64,000 bases of DNA from Chloroflexota bacterium (GCA_023473795.1 JAMCYS010000033.1:6581-70580); one strand, 5' to 3'; counted from the stretch's first letter, positions 49,030-59,414 are shown. The notes: generated by a model not told the origin, from the letters alone. Numbers and translations are program-made.

Positions 49030-49926
49030 TCAACCGGGCCGCTGGCCCCTGGTAGCCAGCCTCGTCACCAGGCTGAGCACGCCGATGGTGGCGATCAACA
49101 CCAGCGCCCCGCCCCAGGCCTTCGTGTGCCAGTCCGCGAACGGTGAACTGGCGTAGTTGTAGATCTGCACCGGCAGCGCCGCCATCGGCTGTAGCAGATT
49201 CGTGTTGAAGAATTGGTTGCCCAGCGAGGTGAGCAGCAAGGGAGCCGTCTCTCCCCCGGCTCGGGCCATGGCCAGGACCACGCCGGTCGTCACACCCGAG
49301 CGCGCGGTGGGCAGCACGACGCGCAAGATAGTGCGCCAGCGAGGCACGCCTAGCGCCAGCGCCGCCTCACGCAGCGAACCGGGCACCAGTCGCAGCACCT
49401 CCTCAACCGTGCGCGTGATAATTGGCACCATGACGATGGCCAAGGCCACTGACCCGGCCAGACCGGAGAAATGACCCACCAGATGTCGCACCAGCAACGC
49501 CCAGACGAAGACGCCGATGACGATCGAGGGCAGGCCGGCGATAAGGTCAATCGTGAAACGCACGGCGGGCGCCAAGCGCGTGCCCGCGTACTCGGAAAGG
49601 TAGATGCCGGTGCCCACGCCGATCGGCACGCCGATTAGGCCGGCCACGAACAGCATATACAGCGTGCCCAAGATGGCCGGCGCCACCCCGCCGCCAACCT
49701 CGCCATAGGGCAACGGGCGCTGCGTGAAGAAGTCCAGATTCAGCGCCGGGGCGCCGTTTATCACCACGTAGGCAAGAATCGCCAACAGCACGGCAACGCC
49801 TATTAGGGCGCTAACAGTGATCAGTACCGTCATGAAGACGTCTACCAGGCGGCGCCTCTGCCAGATTCCGTCCTGGTCTCGAGTCAGGGCACCGCCGCTG
49901 CCGACAGTGATGTCACTACCCTCCAT
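49030..49926 (-). CDS. pstA: Phosphate ABC permease
   Basis: PSIVIG, REAALALG, GETAPL. Confidence 0.95.
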   Translation of the reverse strand: MEGSDITVGSGGALTRDQDGIWQRRRLVDVFMTVLITVSALIGVAVLLAILAYVVINGAPALNLDFFTQRPLPYGEVGGGVAPAILGTLYMLFVAGLIGVPIGVGTGIYLSEYAGTRLAPAVRFTIDLIAGLPSIVIGVFVWALLVRHLVGHFSGLAGSVALAIVMVPIITRTVEEVLRLVPGSLREAALALGVPRWRTILRVVLPTARSGVTTGVVLAMARAGGETAPLLLTSLGNQFFNTNLLQPMAALPVQIYNYASSPFADWHTKAWGGALVLIATIGVLSLVTRLATRGQRPG

Positions 49927-49938
49927 CGCTCCTTCCTC

Positions 49939-50913
49939 CTACAGCCTGGCCGAGCCTTGCGGGCCCCTAGCCACCCGCCAAACCAGCAACCGCGCGGCCA
50001 CGTTCACCAAAGCCGCCACCAGCAAGAGAACGAGAGCGACCGCGACGAGGGCGGAGAAGTACATCTCCGAATCGGCCTCGGTAAATTGGTTGGCAATGGC
50101 ACTGGCCATCGTGTAACCAGGGGTAAAAAGCGAGGGGCTGATCGCCGAAGAGCTATTGCCGATGACCATTGTCACTGCCATGGTTTCGCCCAGAGCCCGC
50201 GCCAGCCCGAGCACCGAGGCCCCGGCGATGCCCGCTTTGGCATACGGCAGCACAGCCCCCTGAATCATCTCCCATTTGGTGGCCCCGAGGGCGATCATGC
50301 CCTCGCGCTGCGTGTCGGGCACCGCGCGCAGAACCTCTCTGGAGACTGCGGTCACGGTCGGCAGAATCATTATGGCCAGTATGACGCCGGCGATCAGCAT
50401 ATCTCGCCCCAGAATGGCACCGCTGAACAGCGCCCCAATCACCGGTACCTGGCCGAGCGTGTTCTGGAGGAACGGCTCGACCGCATCGCGCATCAAGGGA
50501 GCCAGGATGAACAGGCCCCAGAGACCATAGATGATGCTGGGGATCACCGCCAGCAGTTCGATCAGGAAGGAAAGCGGCTCCCGCAACCACTTGGGGACAT
50601 ACTCCGTCAAGAAGAGGGCGGCCCCGACGCTGATGGGACCGGCGATCAGCAATGCCACCGCCGACGTCACCAGCGTGCCGTAGATGAAAGCCAGAGCCCC
50701 GAACCTCTCGGCCACCGGGTCCCAAATCGCGGTAGTCAAGAAGGAGAGGCCGAATTGGAGGAGCGCGCTCCTGGCATCGCCGAACACCAAGAAAATGATC
50801 AGCGCCAGCAAGACGATTGTGCCAACCGCCAGGCCTGTCACCAGCCAGCGGAAGAGTTTGTCCCCTTGGTCTTCGCCACCGGCGAAGCGCGATCCAGACG
50901 CTATCTTGTCCAC
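49939..50913 (-). CDS. pstC: Phosphate ABC permease
   Basis: IPSIIYGLWG, RALGETMAV. Confidence 0.95.
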   Translation of the reverse strand: MDKIASGSRFAGGEDQGDKLFRWLVTGLAVGTIVLLALIIFLVFGDARSALLQFGLSFLTTAIWDPVAERFGALAFIYGTLVTSAVALLIAGPISVGAALFLTEYVPKWLREPLSFLIELLAVIPSIIYGLWGLFILAPLMRDAVEPFLQNTLGQVPVIGALFSGAILGRDMLIAGVILAIMILPTVTAVSREVLRAVPDTQREGMIALGATKWEMIQGAVLPYAKAGIAGASVLGLARALGETMAVTMVIGNSSSAISPSLFTPGYTMASAIANQFTEADSEMYFSALVAVALVLLLVAALVNVAARLLVWRVARGPQGSARL

Positions 50914-51013
50914 GGCCGGTGTTTTCCTCCAAGCGCCGAATGGCGCGCCAGAACCCTCCCGGGGCCTTCGCCGGCCACGTGCGGGGAGGGTTCTCGCGCT
51001 CGTACTGTGCGGT

Positions 51014-52216
51014 CTACTTGCCCGGGAAGGCCTGTTGTCCGTTTACAGTTACGGAAAGGATCTTGTCCTCGACTTTGCTCACGATCTCCTGCGGCAGCGG
51101 CGAGTAGCCCAGTTCGGTCGTGTACTTCTGCCCGTCGTGGATGCCCCACCAGAGCATCCGTGTCAGGGCAATGGCCTTGGCCTTGTCGGTCTGCTGCTGG
51201 TAGATCAGGATATAAGTAAGGCCGGCGATTGGATAGGCGTTGGCACCTGGCGCGTTCACTATAGAGGCCCGCAAGTCAGGGGCGATGCTCTGGGCCACCC
51301 CCGCCGCGGCCTCGCTCACCGTCTCCGTGCTCGGTTGGACGAAGTTGCCGGCCTTGTTCTTCAGCAGGCCGACGCCCAGTTTGTTCTGGATGGCGTAGAT
51401 CACTTCCACGTAGCCGATGGAGTTGGGGTTCTGCTTGACCCCGGCGGACACGCCTTCGTTGCCCTTCTCACCCAAGCCTACCGGCCAGTTGACCGAGGTG
51501 CCCACGCCCACCTTGCTCTTCCAGTCAGAAGAGACGTTCGACAGGTAGTCGGTGAAGATGTTGGTCGTGCCGCTGCCATCCGAGCGGTGCACCACGACGA
51601 TGTTGTTGCCGGGCAGGCCCGCGTCGGGGTTATCGGCGACCAGCTTGGGGTCGTTCCACTTGGTGATCGTGCCCAGGAAGATGCCCGAGAGGGTCTCCGG
51701 GGTGAACTTCAGCTGCTTGCTGACGCCCGGGATGTTGTAGGTCACCGCTACCCCGCCCAGGGTGGTGGGGATGTGCAACAACTGCCCGCCCTTGACGGCC
51801 TTGAGCTGCTCGTCGGTGAGGGGGGCGTCGGAGGCCCCGAAGTCGACGGTCCGGTCGGAGATGGCCTTGATGCCGCCTCCCGAGCCGATGGACTGGTAGT
51901 TGATCTGCACGCCGGTCAGCTGGGCGTAGTCGCTGAACCACTTGGTGTAGAGCACCGCCGGGAAGGTGGCGCCGGCGCCGTTGAGGTTCCGCGCTTCGCC
52001 AGGGTAGGGACCGTTGATTAGCCCAGCGCCGGCCGGGCGCCCAGAAGTTGCCCCCGTCACGGAGGACGTCTGGCTGGCAGTGCCTTGGGCTCCCGGCGCC
52101 TGACTGACGCCGCTCGACGCAGTGGCTGTCGGAGCGGTCGTAGAGGTGTTCGTGCAGGCGGCAAGCACCACGACCAGCAGCACCGCTAGAAGCGACCACT
52201 TGAAACCGAATCTCAT
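51014..52216 (-). CDS. pstS: Phosphate-binding lipoprotein
   Basis: LAAC lipobox, GAGATFP, GSGGG, RSDGSGTT. Confidence 0.95.
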   Translation of the reverse strand: MRFGFKWSLLAVLLVVVLAACTNTSTTAPTATASSGVSQAPGAQGTASQTSSVTGATSGRPAGAGLINGPYPGEARNLNGAGATFPAVLYTKWFSDYAQLTGVQINYQSIGSGGGIKAISDRTVDFGASDAPLTDEQLKAVKGGQLLHIPTTLGGVAVTYNIPGVSKQLKFTPETLSGIFLGTITKWNDPKLVADNPDAGLPGNNIVVVHRSDGSGTTNIFTDYLSNVSSDWKSKVGVGTSVNWPVGLGEKGNEGVSAGVKQNPNSIGYVEVIYAIQNKLGVGLLKNKAGNFVQPSTETVSEAAAGVAQSIAPDLRASIVNAPGANAYPIAGLTYILIYQQQTDKAKAIALTRMLWWGIHDGQKYTTELGYSPLPQEIVSKVEDKILSVTVNGQQAFPGK

Positions 52217-52567
52217 TCTCGCTTACTCCTTCTTCATCTCTCTGAGGTAACGGTAGCACATCCAGAACCGTCAGGGGCCACCCGCTGTGAACCTCAGCCC
52301 ACGCGCGACGTAAGCGGAATGTAAACACTCCGCCACGAGCCCGGCGAGCCGCTTGCCGAGCGAACAGCGGAGGTCCTTGGCTGCCCAAGCCAACCACAAG
52401 GCAGGTCGGCTGCGGCGGACGACCAAGTCATTCCTGACCAGTCAGCGGCAATAACCGTGCCGACCCGGCCCACGCCCGCCACAACAAGCCTGCGCTAACC
52501 GGGCAGGCAATCACATTGCACCCTCCCGGCTCGGGGCTTATGATTAGCGTCAGAGGGGGTGATTGCC

Positions 52568-53323
52568 ATGCCGTTGGTTACTGTCTCGCGCCAGTGTGGC
52601 AGCGGTGGCCGAGAGATCGCCCGTGCCGTTGCCGAGATATTGGGCGCCACGTATGTAGACCGCGACCTCATCAGCGAGGCTGCACGACGCATCGGCGTCG
52701 CGGAATCGCTCGTCTCGCGGCACGACGAACGAGTGGCGGGACCGACTGAGCGTCTCATCGAGGCAGTGGCTCTCGCGTTCACTATCAACCGTCCGGCACG
52801 CGGCGGCGGGCGCCCGCCTACCTCTGCCGGCCCGACAGACGCCGAGACGGCTGCCGCGACTCGGCACGTGATCAGAGAGATCGCCAAGGAAGGCAACGCC
52901 GTGTTCCTGGGACGCGGTGCCCAGGTCGTTCTGCGCGAAAACCCGAGAGTGCTGAACATTCACGTGGTCGCGCCGTTAGCGCAGCGCCTGGCCACCGTGA
53001 TGCGCCGCGAGAGCGTGAGCGCTGAAAAGGCGCGCCAACTGATCAGGGACCTGGAAGAGGAACGGGCGGCTTACCTGCGCGCCCACTACCAGGCGGACTG
53101 GGAAGACCCCCAGCTTTACCACGCGGTAATCAACACCGGTCTCTTGCCCTATTCCTTGGCGGCCCAGGCCATCGTCGTTATGGCGACCGCGCTGGACGAG
53201 TCCCATCCACTGCCTCAATCTGAAGGCTCGCTGGGACAAGACCTATCCCGGCTGCGGGAGTCTCTTCAGGTAATGCATGAGGCGGCTCGGGCCTCGCTCG
53301 AACGCTACAAGCACAGGCTCTGA
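52568..53323 (+). CDS. Cytidylate-kinase-like family protein
   Basis: VTVSRQCGSGG.EIA, GRG, D...YH.VINT. Confidence 0.85.
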   Translation: MPLVTVSRQCGSGGREIARAVAEILGATYVDRDLISEAARRIGVAESLVSRHDERVAGPTERLIEAVALAFTINRPARGGGRPPTSAGPTDAETAAATRHVIREIAKEGNAVFLGRGAQVVLRENPRVLNIHVVAPLAQRLATVMRRESVSAEKARQLIRDLEEERAAYLRAHYQADWEDPQLYHAVINTGLLPYSLAAQAIVVMATALDESHPLPQSEGSLGQDLSRLRESLQVMHEAARASLERYKHRL

Positions 53324-53359
53324 GAGACTAAGAGAACCGCGGAGAGGGGCGCGGACCGG

Positions 53360-54119
53360 CTAGGCGGCGTCGCGCCCCTCGTCGTTCCCATCCTCGGCTT
53401 CCGGCTTGCCTGTCGCCGCGGGTCCCCCCTCCGGGGTACCGGCCGGAATGCCCGGTCCACCCGCGGTCTCAGCATAGAAGAGCCGCTCCCGGCCACCGGC
53501 CGCTTCGGCCACTACCAGCAGATGCTTGCAGGGGATGCCGCGGTACTGGAAGTCGGGGCATTCGCAGCGAATCTGCTCCCCCTCCCCCACCTTCTCGGGG
53601 GGCGGCAGATGGACGCGGTACACCAGTCCCGGCTGACGCTCCGAGGCGACTTCGTACTCTCCTCCGCCCAGGTCGCGAACGGCCAGTCGTTCCGCACGCC
53701 TGGTGCGCTCGGGCAACCACTGGATCAGCGGGGCCAAAGCCACGGCCCGGGCCGGGTTGGCGCCGGGAGTAACGGGAACAATTGGCAAGCCCTGGGCGGC
53801 CTGGCGTGCCTCCGCTGCCAGACCGGCAAGGTCCCGGGGGGTCTCCCCGGCCGCGCCAGAGATCCATCAACCAGCGCTCATCCACCATCAGGTCCGGTGA
53901 GGAAACCCCCAGCTCGCCGGCCAATCGTACGCCCATCAGAACGGCCCTCAATGCCGCCTGACGGGCCGTCGCAGGCCCCAGATAGTAGGCTCGATGGGAA
54001 ACCAGCCGGCCTGATGAGCCGGCGATGAACACTCCGGCCGCGGCAGGACCCGGGGCTGTCAGGGCCAGAGCCCCCGCAACGTACAGGTGGGACGCTTCCT
54101 GTTCACTATTGCGCTGCAC
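53360..54119 (-). pseudogene. RNase HI-like + SWIM zinc-finger fusion split by a frameshift at a G6/C6 run (53836-53841)
   Basis: N-part LYVAGA...GPAAAGV...LGPAT..QA; in a shifted frame the protein continues into CECPDFQYRGIPCKH. Confidence 0.7.
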
Positions 54120-54378
54120 GTTTGCCTCCTTTCGGCGGTCCTTGCCGGGCCGCCCCACCGGCAGACCGCAGGTACCACGCCAAAGGCGCAGCAGATCTCC
54201 AATTGTGCGGCAGTGGCTGACGGTGGGCAGATAACCGTAGATTTGCTTGACTTTTCGCTTCCTGTCGCCTATCATGCTTAGCAGCCTAGCAAAGATGCGC
54301 GTGCTGCTTGAGTCAGCCGGAGAATGCCTTAATCAGTGGGCTTCCAAGGGAAACTGCACGGAAAGGAGGTGATTTGAG

Positions 54379-54684
54379 GTGAGCGGCGACATGACAGTCA
54401 AAGAGGCTGGACGCAGGGGCGGGCGAGTGGTCAAGGAACGCTACGGTTCCGGCTTCTACTCGCAGATTGGCAAGAAGGGTGGCGAGGCGGTTGCCGAGCA
54501 GCGGGGCGCGGAGTTCTACTCCCAGATCGGCAAAAAGGGCGGCGATACGGTCAAGGAGCGGCACGGGGCCGAGTTTTACGCCGAGATCGGCAAGAAGGGC
54601 GGCACGGCCGTCAGAGAGAAGCACGGCTCGGATTACTACAGCGAGATCGGCCGCAAGGGCGGCAAGGCCATCAAGAAGAAGTAA
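54379..54684 (+). CDS. KGG-repeat general stress protein (GsiB/Em-like)
   Basis: 20-aa repeats ending FYSQIGKKGG. Confidence 0.9.
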   Translation: MSGDMTVKEAGRRGGRVVKERYGSGFYSQIGKKGGEAVAEQRGAEFYSQIGKKGGDTVKERHGAEFYAEIGKKGGTAVREKHGSDYYSEIGRKGGKAIKKK

Positions 54685-54853
54685 TGGACACAACGGTTCC
54701 CGTCTGGGGGGGCCGGCGGCGCTCTGGCCTGCGAGGGCAGAGTAAGCCTCCGGCCCCTATTGCGTTTTCTGCGCCCAGGCGTCACAATGGGCGCTCGTAT
54801 CTTCACGGACCCCGGCGTGTTTCTATCTCTGGGTCCCAGACTGGGGAAAGTCG

Positions 54854-55441
54854 ATGTCTTGGCCCGAATCGGATGAGCTGCTGGTCGAGCTGGCCCGCAC
54901 TGATCGCCAAGCGTTCGGCGAGCTGTACGAACGGCACGTCAAGCGCGTGTACAACTACATCTACTACCGGGTCAGTCGCCAACAAGACGCCGAGGACCTT
55001 ACGGCTAGGACCTTCACCCAGGCGCTGGCCCACCTGCCGCGTTATCGGCAGCAGGGCGTGCCGCTCTATGCCTGGCTATTGCGCATCGCTCACAATCTAG
55101 TAGCCAACTGGTACCGCGACAACAAGCGGCTTCTGGTGCCGTTGGAGGACGCAGGCGACCTCGGCAGCCGCGACGGCAACCCGGAGACGGAAGCTGAGGC
55201 CGGTGAAGAACGGCGGACCCTCCTGGCGGCGGTGGCCCAGCTGCCGGCCGACAGGCAGCAACTGATTCTGCTGCGCTTCTCGGAGGGGTTGAAAGCCGCG
55301 GAAATCGCCGTAATCATGGGGCGAAGCGAGGGGGCAGTCAAGGCACTCCTCCATCGCACTTTGGAAGGCCTGCGCAAGAACCTGAGTGAGCGCCGTCCGG
55401 CGGCGGGCAAGGCGAGGACGTTTCCTTTTGGGGGGAGGTAG
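54854..55441 (+). CDS. ECF sigma factor
   Basis: DAEDL...F, WLLRIAHN, EIA..MG.S.GAVK..LHR. Confidence 0.92.
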   Translation: MSWPESDELLVELARTDRQAFGELYERHVKRVYNYIYYRVSRQQDAEDLTARTFTQALAHLPRYRQQGVPLYAWLLRIAHNLVANWYRDNKRLLVPLEDAGDLGSRDGNPETEAEAGEERRTLLAAVAQLPADRQQLILLRFSEGLKAAEIAVIMGRSEGAVKALLHRTLEGLRKNLSERRPAAGKARTFPFGGR

Positions 55442-55445
55442 GGCC

Positions 55446-55802
55446 ATGGCAGCCGAAGAAGAGGAGAGCGGGCTGCTCAATCGCTTTATCGAAGGGCTTC
55501 TGGTTGGCGACGAGCGGCAAGCGTGGTCGCTTGTTTCCGGCAGCGCCGAGTTGACGGCCCTGGCCTGGCTGGCGCGCAGCTTGCGCCAGGCTCTTCGCCC
55601 GGTGGAACCAGAGCCGGCTTTTCGGGCCAGCCTGCACGCTACCCTGGTCAGCAGCGCCATCCCCGCCCGGCGCGAAGAGTCGTGGGCCACTCAGCACAGG
55701 ACCGAGCTACTTATCGGGGCCGCGCTTGGTTCAACCCTCTCGATAGCAGGCGTCGTGGCGCTCGTGCTCAGGCGGCGCCAGCCGGCGCGGAGAGCCGCCT
55801 AG
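55446..55802 (+). CDS. Putative anti-sigma factor (single C-terminal TM)
   Basis: Directly downstream of the ECF; P.P.FRA.L motif, TM helix. Confidence 0.65.
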   Translation: MAAEEEESGLLNRFIEGLLVGDERQAWSLVSGSAELTALAWLARSLRQALRPVEPEPAFRASLHATLVSSAIPARREESWATQHRTELLIGAALGSTLSIAGVVALVLRRRQPARRAA

Positions 55803-55821
55803 GGCCAGGTAGCGCTGGTGA

Positions 55822-56307
55822 CTAGCGAGTCAGCCCCAGCGCGGCCAGGGCGGTCTCCTCTTTGGCGCGCATCGCCTCGCGTTCCGCCAGGCTCTCGTGG
55901 TCGTAGCCCAGCAAGTGCAGCAGACCGTGAACGAAGAGATAGGCCAACTCCCGCTGGCGGGAGTGCCCGTACTCGGCCGCCTGCGCGGTTGCCCGCGGCA
56001 GCGAGATGACGATATCCCCCAACTGTCTGAGTTCCCCCGGGGGAAGCACAAAGGCGTCCTCGGTCCCACTGCTATCCAGAAGCGGAAACGACAGAACATC
56101 GGTGGCGGCATCAACGCCACGGTAGCGGGCGTTCAGTTCCTGAATCGCCGCGTCATCCACCAAGGTTACGTCCACCTCGACCGGCCCCTGCCAGCCTTCG
56201 CGGCTCAGCGCTGTCTCCGCCACATCTGCCAGAAGACGCAAGTCGACCTCGGCTTCCCACTCTGGTGGAATATCCGGCACCAGCCGCACGAAGAGAGGTC
56301 GGTCCAC
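55822..56307 (-). CDS. ybeY: rRNA maturation endoribonuclease YbeY
   Basis: TDVLSFP, LGDI, HGLLHLLGYDH. Confidence 0.95.
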   Translation of the reverse strand: MDRPLFVRLVPDIPPEWEAEVDLRLLADVAETALSREGWQGPVEVDVTLVDDAAIQELNARYRGVDAATDVLSFPLLDSSGTEDAFVLPPGELRQLGDIVISLPRATAQAAEYGHSRQRELAYLFVHGLLHLLGYDHESLAEREAMRAKEETALAALGLTR

Positions 56308-56318
56308 AGTTCGGCGTC

Positions 56319-58460
56319 CTAGGTTGGGCCCGGGTCGCCCGACCTGCCGCCGGCAGGTAAGGCAGGCTGCGCCTCCTGCACCTCGGTGGGCAGCGCGGGT
56401 GAGGCCACTTCCGGGTATTTGACGCGGGGGTGGAAGATGCCTTGCATGACGCTAGTGAAAGCAACCTTGATCCGGTCGATATCCCGCAGGCTCAGGTCGC
56501 ACTCGTTCAACTGGCCCTCAACGACCATCTCGTTGATCAGCTTACCGACCAAGCGGGCAATGCCCTCCGCGGAGTGATCTTCGGAGGAGCGGAGCGCTGC
56601 CTCTACTGTATCAGCCAGCATGACTATGGCGGCCTCTTTGGACTGAGGTTTCGGACCGGGGTAGCGGAAGTCCTCCTCCTCCACCGGCTGATCGGCGGCA
56701 CCCTGGCTAGCGCGATGGTAGAAGAATTTGGCCAGCTTCGTGCCATGGTGCTGTTCGATTATGTCGCGCACTTTGCTGGGCAGACCGTGCTGTTGGGCCA
56801 ACTGCAAACCATCGCGGACGTGGGAAGTAACCAGCTTGGCACTCATCCGCGGGTTAAGGGTGTCGTGAACGTTCTGCCCTTCAAACTGATTCTCGACAAA
56901 GCAATAGGGCCGCACAACCTTGCCGATGTCGTGGTAGTACGCGCCGACGCGCACAAGTAGCGAATCCGCACCCACCTGCTGCGCCGCGCGCTCGGCGAGG
57001 TTCGCCACGACGACGCTGTGATGGTAGGTACCCGGCGCCTCCGTCAGCAGGCGGCGGAAGAGCGGCTGCGAGGGATGAGCCAGTTCCAGCAGGCCTGAAG
57101 TGGTCGTGATGCCGAAGAGGTGACCGAGAGCGGCTGAGGTGCCCAGGGTCAATACCGTCGACAGCCCGCCGTTGACCAGGCTGATGAAACCGATCGTCGC
57201 CAGCTGGGCCAAGTCGACGTCTTGTCCGACGAGCTTGAAGCCGGCCACCACGAGGAAATTGGCCACGCCCACCAGAAGCCCCGCCAGATAGGCGACGACT
57301 TGCCGTTCCATGCGCCACACGCCCAGGACACCCACCAGACCCGCGACGAGTGACGCCGTCAGCAGCTCCAGCGAACCGCCGGCGACGAGACCGATCAGGG
57401 GCGCCAGGACGGCGATCGAGAGGACCGCGAGATCGACCCCCAGCAGAGTGGCGAGCAACATTGGCACCGCGGCCACCGGGAACACGTAGGCGAAGAGGTC
57501 GCGACCGGGGATAGTCAGCTTGGCAGCCAAGAGGGCCACCCAGAGGACACCGTAGACGAGCACCAAGCGGCGTGAGTTCGGCCAGACGGTGGGCTGGAAG
57601 AAGTACAGGTAGGCCGCCATCGTGCCCACCAGAAGAAATACTAGCAGACTGTTGCCGAATACGTCCTGCCAGTTGAGGCTAGGATTGCTCAGGCCGACCT
57701 GCTCCAGTTTCTCGATATCCAGGCGCTTGACGACGTCGCCATCGCGCAGAATGATCTCGTTCTTCTCGACCGAAACCCAGACAGGTTGAACGGCGGCCCG
57801 CGCCGCCTCACGCGCCTGCGCGGTCGCCTCGGCGTCGACCGAAACGTTGGGCCTTAGGAGGCTGGCGACGACGTCCGCTACGAGGGCCCGCCTCTCTGAC
57901 GTGAAAGACTGATCGACCATGTACGGCAGGCGCTTGACCAAGTCGGGCTGCTGGGCGCTCGTGAAGCTCTCTGCCATCGCCTGACCCAGAACCCGGCGCA
58001 CCTCACCCGCCGTAACCACCCATTGCCCATCGTCCATGTTCAGTGCTTCTCTAGCGGACGTGGAACTGAGGTTGAGACCGGCGATGCCGGCGAGGTCACG
58101 CTGTTTCTGGTCGAGGCTACTGGAGGAGTGACGAATATCGGCAATACTTCCCAGAACGGTATCGGCCTTGCGCTGCTGATTGGAGGCGGCCGCGGCATCA
58201 AAGTCCCTGACGTCGACTACCGCCTCGGCAGCGCGGTCGCGCTCGGCCTTGGTCATGATCTGGCTGATGTAGCTGACCTTGCGGAGCGACTTGATGTTGA
58301 AGCTGACGACGTCGCCTTCGCTAAAGTGGTAGCGACCAGGCAATAGCTGGGCGGTAAGCACCAGCGCCAGGCCCAAAGCCAGCACCGCGCTGAATGCCCC
58401 CAGCCGGACCAGAGAGGGCCAGCCGCCGACTTTGGATTTCGCTGGTCTGCTATTGGCCAA
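56319..58460 (-). CDS. 7TM-HD phosphohydrolase (PgpH/YqfF family)
   Basis: APGTYHHS, YYHDIGK, HHGT, FRYPGPKP, 7TM region. Confidence 0.9.
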   Translation of the reverse strand: MANSRPAKSKVGGWPSLVRLGAFSAVLALGLALVLTAQLLPGRYHFSEGDVVSFNIKSLRKVSYISQIMTKAERDRAAEAVVDVRDFDAAAASNQQRKADTVLGSIADIRHSSSSLDQKQRDLAGIAGLNLSSTSAREALNMDDGQWVVTAGEVRRVLGQAMAESFTSAQQPDLVKRLPYMVDQSFTSERRALVADVVASLLRPNVSVDAEATAQAREAARAAVQPVWVSVEKNEIILRDGDVVKRLDIEKLEQVGLSNPSLNWQDVFGNSLLVFLLVGTMAAYLYFFQPTVWPNSRRLVLVYGVLWVALLAAKLTIPGRDLFAYVFPVAAVPMLLATLLGVDLAVLSIAVLAPLIGLVAGGSLELLTASLVAGLVGVLGVWRMERQVVAYLAGLLVGVANFLVVAGFKLVGQDVDLAQLATIGFISLVNGGLSTVLTLGTSAALGHLFGITTTSGLLELAHPSQPLFRRLLTEAPGTYHHSVVVANLAERAAQQVGADSLLVRVGAYYHDIGKVVRPYCFVENQFEGQNVHDTLNPRMSAKLVTSHVRDGLQLAQQHGLPSKVRDIIEQHHGTKLAKFFYHRASQGAADQPVEEEDFRYPGPKPQSKEAAIVMLADTVEAALRSSEDHSAEGIARLVGKLINEMVVEGQLNECDLSLRDIDRIKVAFTSVMQGIFHPRVKYPEVASPALPTEVQEAQPALPAGGRSGDPGPT

Positions 58461-58530
58461 GGACCCCCCACCTCCGCCACGAGCGAAGAGACCGCCACGA
58501 CGCCATCAGCGCAACCGTGCCCGTGGTCTC

Positions 58531-58986
58531 CTAAGGCTGACGCCGCGTCAGCAACTCCTGTACCACCTGGCTGGCCACCCTGCCATCCACCCTGCCCTGC
58601 AGCTCGGCGAGCAGTCGGGGCATCACCTTGCCGATGTCCCGGGGCCCGCTAGCACCAACCGCGTCGATGACCCGTTGCGCGGCTGCCACCAGCTCCTCCC
58701 GCCCTATCTGACTCGGCAGGTAGCTCTCCACGACGGCCAGTTCTGCCTCTTCCTTGGCGACAAGGTCCTGGCGGTTTCCTTTGGCGAACTCCGTGATGGA
58801 CTCGCGGTGAGTCTTCGCCTCCTTCTGGAGGACCCTCACCACTTCACCCTCGTCCAGCGGCCGGCCTTTCTCAATTTGGGCGTTCTTCAGCGTGGCCAGC
58901 ACCAGACGCAGCGCTGTCAGTCTCGTTTTGTCGCCGGCCCGCAGGGCTTCTGTGAGATCACCCTGCAGTGTCTCTTGCAGACCCAT
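58531..58986 (-). CDS. yqeY: GatB/YqeY domain protein
   Basis: RESI.EF..G.R.DL..KE..E, DIGKVM. Confidence 0.9.
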   Translation of the reverse strand: MGLQETLQGDLTEALRAGDKTRLTALRLVLATLKNAQIEKGRPLDEGEVVRVLQKEAKTHRESITEFAKGNRQDLVAKEEAELAVVESYLPSQIGREELVAAAQRVIDAVGASGPRDIGKVMPRLLAELQGRVDGRVASQVVQELLTRRQP

Positions 58987-59063
58987 AATGCGCCTCTGCG
59001 CTAGACAATTGCGGCGAGTAGGCCCAACCCAGCGCCCACTCGCCTTGCCAGTTGCCCACTTCG

Positions 59064-59239
59064 CTAGCTCCGCCGCTTGTCAGCCTTACGAGCATGCGCA
59101 TCTTTGCATTGGCGCTCGGCTTCTCGAAATGCTCGCGCCGTTTCGCTTCCGCCAGGATGCCATCCCGCTGTACCATACGATTGAAGCGCTGAAGGGCGGA
59201 CTCTAGGTCCTCATTCTCGCCAACGATTACCTCGCTCAC
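59064..59239 (-). pseudogene. rpsU: 30S ribosomal protein bS21 with an apparent 1-nt frameshift after EKPSA
   Basis: MSEVIVGENEDLESALQRFNRMVQRDGILAEAKRREHFEKPS; the basic tail (HARKADKRRS*) is in another frame, and the as-written frame reads to 58958. Confidence 0.8.
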
Positions 59240-59251
59240 CGATTACCCCCT

Positions 59252-59294
59252 GGGTCACTTGCCGACCGCTCAGTGAGCGGTCGGCAAGTGACCC
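59252..59294. repeat. Perfect 21-bp inverted repeat with 1-nt centre upstream of the rpsU RBS
   Basis: GGGTCACTTGCCGACCGCTCA-G-TGAGCGGTCGGCAAGTGACCC. Confidence 0.9.
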
Positions 59295-59364
59295 GCGGAC
59301 CGCCGCCAGAGGCGGCAACGACATGCCGGGAGTAAACAGAGTAGCCGCTGCTGAATGTAGGCGA

Positions 59365-59393
59365 ATTATAGGCTCGCCTGTCAGGGGTGTCAA
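59365..59393 (-). promoter_or_regulatory. Consensus sigma70 promoter of the rpsU-yqeY operon
   Basis: TTGACA-17-TATAAT on the minus strand. Confidence 0.85.
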
Positions 59394-59414
59394 TCGTACC
59401 TGGGTAAGCGCTCT

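Noticed and set aside
52280-52330. PHO boxes upstream of pstS
   Set aside because: GTTTACA/GCTTACG/GTTCACA on the minus strand are suggestive, but spacing and identity are too weak to call
54379-54684. 60-bp DNA tandem repeats as a non-coding array
   Set aside because: Explained by the 20-aa KGG protein repeats, with synonymous variation
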